Source: Eledone cirrhosa (lineage: Eukaryota). From it: a stretch of 64,000 nucleotides of DNA. The notes beneath the pieces were generated by a model. The model saw nothing but the letters and a program-made list of their open reading frames with translations. It was not told the DNA's origin and did not search any database. Below are positions 56,151-64,000 of the stretch, piece by piece. Both the position numbers and the translations under genes were made by a program. Position 1 is the first letter of the stretch. Each line of letters begins with the position of its first letter. Location of the stretch: the NCBI GenBank assembly GCA_964016885.1, contig OZ024747.1, positions 28,272,001 to 28,336,000 of the forward strand, given 5' to 3'.

Positions 56151-56374
56151 TTTGTTGACTGTTGAAGATAAACTATTAAATATATGATGATGATGGAGAT
56201 GTATATATATATAATGCAATATGTTTTGTTGTTTTATATATATATACAACTAGAAGTTTAAACAAATTGCAACTGCTTTTATTTACAGAGCACCGATGGT
56301 ATAAACAAAGTATTTTTGTTTCAAATGAGTGAAAATGAGAACATAGTGTATGGATGTATATATAAATCTCTCTT

Positions 56375-56445
<71 letters not shown>

Positions 56446-57248
56446 GGCATAGAAATCATCCCATGTTTTAAAGAGCCAATCTATTTTATTCATTTGTAAA
56501 TGGGAAACAAGGAGAGAAAGTTGAGAGGTTATTTGAAATGACGTAGAAAAAAATTAAAAGAATAGGAAAGTTAAGTAGATTTTTGTGGTCAGGAAATGGC
56601 AGTTGGTGGAGAATGAACTGATATCACTGCTATCATTATTATCATCATTTTCTATCTGCTTTCCACGCTGGCATGGGTTGGATGGGTTGCCACAATCTGG
56701 GACCAGATGCATTGGTGCAACCCATTTTGCTTGTTTCATTCCATATTTGACTTGGTTTCTGCAGCTGGATGCCCTTCATAATGTCAATCAACTTACTGGG
56801 TTTACTGGGTATGTTTTTCATTGCATTAACATTACCACTTTACTGAGTGGACTGGGTAAATTATATTGTGGAACCAAAACTAGCATTTTACAGGGTGTAC
56901 TGGGTGCATTTAATCATGAAACCAGAACTAGAGAGGTTGTCATTTGCTAGACCAGACTGAAGAGTTCTCTTAAACATTGCATTGTCTATATTCAGTTACC
57001 AAACACTGTAGTCTCTTATCTGTCAACACATTTACATTTAGTGTCAGAATTTGTACTGGTAGATGGGTCCTTTGTATTATGGCATATTGCCAGTCAGCTC
57101 GGTCCAGTGTCATCTCCTTTGTGAGATTCAATTTCTTAAACTTTCTCATAGAAGGGTAAAAGTGAATGAGTTACAGCTTATCACCAGACAAATCTTGAGG
57201 TGATCAATTGCGAGACGCACATCACATGTTTATAAACGTAATGAAGAC

Positions 57249-57742
57249 AAGGGCAGGCAGTTTTTATCTGTCTGGTGGCCATGGCGAAAGAGATAGTATG
57301 GTGGATACGTCTGAAAGGGCTGAAGACGAGCACTTACCTCTTCGGTGATGCCCTGATTAACTTTTTACAATTTCATTTGAAAAGGAAAATCAGGGTAGAG
57401 AGGGAGGTACTCTATTCCCAGCTTTTTGTTAAAAGATGGGTGAGAGAGGCAAGAATGGCCCAAGTGAGTGGACATACTCTGAGTATATGCCTGTAAACTG
57501 AAGGTGGAAAACTGGGAGAGGCCAATTGCCCTGGTGGTCAGGGTCACCGTGGCTTTTTAATGGGCTTTCTCCCCTATTGGGGAATTTTTTCATTGTTCTA
57601 TTATTACATCCTCTGTTTTTTGTTTTTTTACACGCAGAAATACCCTTTTGTACTGTCCTGTATTGTCCTGTACTGTCCTTAATGTCTACTTTGTGTAAAC
57701 TCTTTGTCGTTAATAAAGAAAGCATTATATTATTATTATTAT
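57249..57742 (+). mobile_element. Short 3' fragment of the L1/Tx1-like family, including the 3'UTR and (ATT)n tail
   Basis: 57249-~57490 matches 63761-64000 and then continues to aataaagaaagcattatattattatt. Confidence 0.85.
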
Positions 57743-57879
57743 AGTTGCATTTATCTTGCTTTATGTTCATACGAGTTATCACCAAGTCACCACCATTGAC
57801 CTCAAGAGACAACAAGGTTCGCCATGTTCAAGAAAGAACATACATACACACACATGCATCTTTAGGTGTTTAGACTTGT

Positions 57880-58210
57880 GATGTACTTATATTGACAGAA
57901 TCTTCCCTAGTATATGGGCAGTTCCCATTAGTACTATCTTTTGTATTTCTCCTATACGCGGGTTTCCTTGGATTTGTGATAAGTATCATTAGACCCCTTA
58001 GGTATCATTCCTAGAGCGCCTACAACCACTGGTATTGTTTTAGTTCTCAATTTCCACATTTTTCAAATTTCTATCTCCAGGTCCTTATACTTGCTCAATT
58101 TTTCAAATGTTTTTATAGATACATTCTTGTCTATTGGAACGGACATATCAATTAGCAGGCATACCCTCTTTTTAAAGTTCTTCAGTATTATATCAGGTCT
58201 ATTTGCATCT
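57880..58210 (-). mobile_element. R4/Dong-like endonuclease fragment
   Basis: Minus strand reads NRPDIILK...LLIDMSVP...KLSKYKDLEIEI...PVVVGALG. Confidence 0.7.
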
Positions 58211-58233
58211 ATTATTATTATTATTATTATTAT

Positions 58234-61200
58234 TGGCGACCTACGTAGTAAATCGTATCATCGTGAGCTCCGCAAAGGTTTGTTATTTTCAGTTGTTTAA
58301 AATTGCCATTTATGGAAAATTTTTATTTTGAACTGTATATAAGTGCACATACATTGTTTTCTGACAAGGACACCCAAAAAGATTAGGGCCTTGAGCCCAA
58401 AATTTAAACTTTTACAATTATCAAACAAAAATTTTTCTTTGAAAAATCACGGACGACTCAGAGTCACTCCTTCCTCATACACTAACACCTCACACCGACA
58501 CCACCATTGTAAATATGACTACGTTTGCCAACACTAAAAATATAAGCAGTAGCAATATTTTAAATTTGTCTCAGGCAGACATTCATTTCCCGCCATTACC
58601 AATGACTGCAGGTGTTAAAGCCCCCCCCCCCCCCCCCCCCACCACCACAGCGACAACAGAAACGAAAGAAAAAAATAAATTAACTCGTGATATCGAAATG
58701 AATTCAACCAAAATGAACTCTTCCACACCGAACACCACTGACGCCACCACCACCACAACTGAAACTAAAATTAATAATAACAAAAATACCAATAACAACA
58801 ACAGCAACAATGACATTAAGAAAACCACCCTGAGTTTTGCCAGAGTAGCAAAACAGTGCGAAGCATTTCAGGTAACTCAGGAGGAATTAGAAGAAGCCAA
58901 AAAAATGGTAAAAAAAGATGGGTACAGGGTCAGCCCCCCCCCCCCCCCCCCTCCACCTAATAAAATGGAGCATCGGCGCCTATGCACCGTGTCTTATTGA
59001 ACAATTAATATAAAATCGCGCCGAGTGGAACGGGCATCCGAGTCCCAAATCCAAAAAGCTTTGGGACATGTGTGGGCAAAAAAACCCCACATCAGACGTG
59101 GTCAGAAATATGGAACCGTGGACGTGTTCTTTGAAACACCACAGGAGGCTAGAGAACACTCCATGGCCCCATTAAGAAGTGACGACTTCACACTCGTCCC
59201 AAGCTATTGTGGCCAGAGATTCGTAGAGATCAGGGTGACCCACGATCCACTGGACATCGAAATTCCCTGGCTAATAGCTGCCGTCCTCACCGGCATCAAA
59301 GCCAACACCAAGATAATCAAAATAGTGAAAGAAAAGCAGGAGAACTGGTCCTGATCTGGGATGGAGCTCCTGATCCAAGCGGACCAAAAAAGCATTGAGG
59401 AGATCCCAGAGGTAATAGACCTCACTGACGGCAGCCACCTCACCGCAATTGTCGAGGGCAGAAGGCCTAGGTGTGTCGTTTGTGGTGAAGGAACCCACCT
59501 AAGGGCTTTCTACCCTCAGGCTAAAAAGTTGAGGCCACCTCTCTTACCCACCCCAGTGACTCAACCATCAACACCACCAGCAGCAGAGATGGCAGCAACA
59601 ACTGTAGCAGCAACAACAGAAGCAACTGTAACAGCAACAGTAGCAAAACCAACACCACCACCCCCCAACGCGCCAGAACTAGCACCAGCGCCTACACCAT
59701 CCACCACGCCACAACCAACGCCTGTGGAGGATTTTCCACTCCCCGGCCTATCGCAACTGGAAACAGATTGTGACGACGAGGAGTGGGAAACGGTATCAGG
59801 AAAAAAGAAAAAAAGAAACCAAAAAAGAAAAAAATTCTCTTCCCTCCCCCTCCAAAAACAAAATAGAGAGGGAAACAAATAAACTATCAAACAAAAAAGT
59901 TAGGACAGATATGCCACCATCCACACCAGCATCACCAACCCCATCACCACCACCAACCCCATCACTACAAACACCAACACCATCACCATCATTAACCCCA
60001 GCACCACCATCACCAACACCACAAAAGCGAAACAGAAACAAACCTACAACAAACGCAAACAAAACAAAACAACCAAAACGATACACACTACACAGCATTA
60101 AATTTGAACAACAACCGGTGGATTGGCAGTATCGGTAGAGAGTCGGACGCCATGCTTTCCAGCATAGTTACGTCCCTTTACGATCTGAGTTCAAATCCCG
60201 CCGAGGTTGACTTTGCCTTTCATCCTTACGGGGTCGATAAAATAAAGTACCAGTAATGCACTGGGTAATTGCTGGCCTTGTGCCTAAAGTAGAAACAATT
60301 AAATTTGAACAACAACCAATTATTACACTACATCCAACACAACACCAGCATCACAGAAAAAGACTACACAACAACCCAAAAGTTCACACCACCTCTACAC
60401 ATACAAATCACTTGCATCACACAGAAAACGTACACGACACTAAAACAAAAATTCCCCAAAGACATCGGAGACTTCCAACAAGCACTCTCCAGGAGGATTT
60501 ATAAGGACATCCTTCCGGAGGAGGCCACAAGCAGTGAAAAGGATGGACAAACCATCCTTCCTCTACGAGAAGTAAGGTAAGTGGTCTTTCCCATCTTTTC
60601 CACTCCATTTCAACATGACCTCACTCAGAATAGGCAGCATAAATGCGCGTGGCTTGGGGTCGTCATGGAAGCAGAGCCACCTGCTCAAAGACCTCAGGTC
60701 ACTAAACATAGATGTAGTGGCCATCAGTGAGACCAGAATCTCCGAAGCACGAGCCTTCGCTCAGATCTTCGGCGGCTACGATGTGTACGCATCTCCCAGC
60801 CGTCCGGGATCGGGGGAGGAGTTGCTGTGCTTTTTCGGAGAGGTTTGGATCTCGCCATACGGGCCATCTTCCCAGAGGGTAAGTTGGTGGTGCTGGACCT
60901 GACCAGCGGAGACGGGCAAGCTTTCAGGCTAGTGGCCGTCTATGCCCCGACAGGAGCAGGGCGGCCTGATTTCTTCCGGCGTCTGGAGACCTTTCTTGGA
61001 ACGTCCCGCTCTTTAGTGTTAGTGGGCGACTGGAATGGGATCTTAGATGCACGCTGGGACTGTGTGGGATCAGCGGATAGGGAAGGAGGGTGCAAGAGCC
61101 TCACCAACCTGCTCAGGCGTTTTGAACTGTCTGACAGGTACCGATTGGATTTCCCGAATGTGCCAATGTGGACTTGGACAAATTGCATAGGGTCATCCAG

Positions 61201-64000
61201 ATCATATCTAGATAGAGTATTTTGTAGGGAAATAGATAGGTCTAGCATAGACTGTCCACAATTCAAGATAGTCAGCTACACAGACCACAAATTCGTGATC
61301 TGTGTGCTTGACTTAGATAGGCTTCATAGACGAGGACCCGGCTACTGGAAGCTAAACGCGTCCTTACCAGCGCACAAGGCCTACAGAGACCGGATTAGCG
61401 AACTAGTTAAGCGGGCGTTGACGGGGGCCATCGTGAACAACAAGTGGCGGTTTGCTCTGAAAAGAGCGATTAGAATAGAGTCCATTAGGTTTAGTAAGGC
61501 TTTAGCAATAGAGAAAAATAGAGCAGAGGGAGAACTAGTTAGAAAATTAGACGAGGCGCTTAGCAAAGGCATCACGACCGACGTACTTGCGGCGAAATTG
61601 GCCCTTGACCAATTCTTCAATGCAAAGCACGAAGGCTGCGTGCTCTCAGACACGAGGGGACGAAAGCCGTTCAATGGGCCCGAGTGGCAGAGGCGCGTCG
61701 TGGCAACAAAGCCACGATCCGGTCTTTGGTGGACCACGACGGGCGCATGCTACTCGATCGCGGGCAAATGTGTGAAGCTTTTTAGCGACACTTCGCACAG
61801 CTGTTCGGGGGCAGCGGCGGGCCGGATCGAGGGGTGGACTTTAGTGTCTACCTCGACGGACTGCCGCGGCTCTCGGCCACTGAGGCAGAGGGTTGCAAAA
61901 AGCCGATAACAGCCGCTGAAGTACGGGAGGCAATGACTGGCTGCACAAGGGGTAAATCGCCTGGTTTGGATGGTCTGCCCTATGAACTTTACGCACAGAT
62001 GCCAGACTTGTTCGGAGGCCTCTTGGCGGACGTCTACTGCAACTGGCAACAGAATGGGAGAATTCCCAGCTCTGTGAGCCGAGGAGCTGTGGCGCTGCTG
62101 AGAAAGGATCCGAACAAGGGGGATAACATAGATAATTTCAGGCCCATAACTCTGTTAAACACAGAGTTCAAGATTTTGGCCAAGGTGCTAGCAAAGAGGT
62201 TGGCGCTTGTTGTTGGTGGTCTGGTGGGAGAGGCGCAGACATGCACCATTCCCGACAGATCCATCCACGACAACCTCCACCTCATGCGATACATCGTAGA
62301 GAGGGTAGCTAGGGAACCTGGCACGGGTGAGTCCTTGATCAATTTAGATCAGTCGAAAGCTTTCGATAGGGTCAACCATCGTTACCTAGCGGCAGTCCTG
62401 AGGGCGGCTGGCTTTGGGCCCGTCTTCAGAGGCTGGATCGCTGCCATGCACAGCGACATCTGCTCTGTGGTGAGAGTGAACGGTCACCTTTCGGAACCGT
62501 TCAACATCATGCGCTCGGTCCGCCAAGGATGTCCCCTCTCGTCCCTCTTGTACGTATTGACTCTTGAGCCATTACTGCACAAACTGGAGACGTTGAGGGG
62601 GGGGGGTCCCGCGCGAACTAGGATGCAGAAGATCCATGTCAGCATATGCGGACGATGTCACCGTAGTGGTGTCGAACGCCAAACACATCGAGGCGATCGG
62701 CACTACTCTAAGAGAATACGAAGCGGTGATCAACCAGGAAAAGTCAGTGGGCCTGCAGCTCGGCTCCTGGAGAGGCAGGTCCATGCCGTCCAACAGCGTC
62801 GTCGGGCGCTGGACGGACGGACCGGTTAAATTGCTAGGGGTCTGGTTTGGTCCGGACCTCCAGACGGACAAAAACTGGGACGAGGTGACGAGCAGGGTGG
62901 CTTCTCTCACCCAGAAATGGGCAGAGAGGAAGCTATCCCTGAAAGGTCGAGCGGAGGTGGCTAACGCGTACATCGCATCCGTCATCTACTACCGCCTGAC
63001 CGTCGTACCTTGTCCTAAGCCCCGTCTGACTGTGCTGGAGCGTTTGCTCTTTCGCTTTTTGTGGAAGGGATGCGCTCCGATGGTAAGGCGGTCTATCTGT
63101 TGTCAACACCCGCTATGTAGAGGGCTGGGCATGCCGTGGCTGATGATGCGCAGACACGTGCTCAGGCTACGACATCTCCATCTCTTCCTCGACGGTGATC
63201 AGGTGTGGTCGCCGTTTGCTAGACACGTCTTTCCCCAGCTCGTCTCCTTGACGGAGCTGCAGTCCTGGGTCAAGCGAAGACCGAGTGGGAGCGCTTGGAG
63301 ACTGGAATGTCTTCAGGCGCTCACAGCCCTCGACCAATCGGGCAATGTGATCGGTGGAAACTCCACCTTGGCGTTCTATAGAGGATTAGTGGAGGGGAAG
63401 AGCGTTCAACATCATGCGCTCGGTCTTGGGGAAACTAGGCGTCGACGAAAATCAACTAGCCAATCTCTTCGGAAGGACTTTCGGGCCGGGGCCTATGGAC
63501 AACTTCCAGAAATCCCTGGCCTGGCAGTGCTACCGTGGAGCTTTGCCAGTTCGGGATAAACTCTACAGGTATGGAGGTGCCATCAGCCGGGCATGTCCGA
63601 GATGCGCGCAGGGCGACGAAACCGTCCTGCATGCACTCGTCCAGTGTCTGAGCATTGCTGACTTGTGGGTTTATGTCGAACACCTGCTGTCACGTGTAGG
63701 ACGGATCCAGCTATCAGCTGAGTCCATCGTGAGGATTGCCCGCCCCCTTCCTTTAGCCGGGAAGGGCAGGCAGTTTTTATCTGTCTGGTGGTCAATTGCG
63801 AAAGAGATGGTGGACACGTTTGAAAGGGCTGAAGACGAGCACTTACCTCTTCAGTGATGCCCTGATTAACTTTTTCAAATTTCATTTGAAAAGGAAAATC
63901 AGGGTAAAGAGGGAAGTGCTCTCTTCCCAGCATTTTGTTGAAAGATGGGTGATAGAAGCAAGTATGGCCCGAGTGAATGGGCCTACTCTGAGTATGTGTC
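58234..64000 (+). mobile_element. Near full-length L1/Tx1-clade LINE, decayed (ORF1 with degenerate zinc knuckle; ORF2 APE-RT-CCHC)
   Basis: ORF1 pieces at 58515-60580 include CVVCGEGTH. ORF2 from 60615 reads SINARGL...ISET, VYAP, GDWN, LDR, TDH, GPGYWKLN, KSPGLDG, FRPITLLN, DQSKAFD, VRQGCPLS, AYADD and CPRC..ETVLHALVQC, with several frameshifts and stops. Confidence 0.93.
60117..60297 (+). mobile_element. tRNA-derived SINE with 20-bp TSD inserted in LINE ORF1
   Basis: A box TGGCAGTATCGG, B box GAGTTCAAATCC, and a Deu/Nin-like core gccgaggttgactttgcctttcatcc. TSD attaaatttgaacaacaacc at 60097-60116 and 60298-60317. Confidence 0.93.

Noticed and set aside
60117-60205. tRNA gene
   Set aside because: A and B boxes are present, but the sequence is the head of a multi-copy SINE with TSDs and has no convincing cloverleaf.

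Overview
This is AT-rich, repeat-dense eukaryotic genomic DNA. The SINE/LINE repertoire suggests a cephalopod, probably Octopus, but that is an inference. From left to right the window holds: one internal exon of a CACHD1-like gene (902-1059); a 200-N assembly gap; a ~20.3 kb array of ~405 copies of a 50-bp satellite; nested transposon debris; an intact, intronless, divergent kinesin light chain ORF (27663-29111, likely a retrogene); an intergenic block with a canonical type I hammerhead ribozyme (39419-39496) inside a direct-repeat-bounded ~535-bp unit, next to a palindrome with perfect 171-bp arms (39806-40210); a complete 7-exon cathepsin L-like gene on the minus strand (44510-56150, 324 aa, one GC-AG intron); and a near full-length, decayed L1/Tx1-type LINE (58234-64000) carrying a SINE insertion. 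The most noteworthy signals are the hammerhead element(s), the palindrome, the KLC paralogue with an altered autoinhibitory motif, and the variant structure of the satellite. I found no prokaryotic-type system (CRISPR or similar). All family assignments come from remembered motifs, not from database searches.
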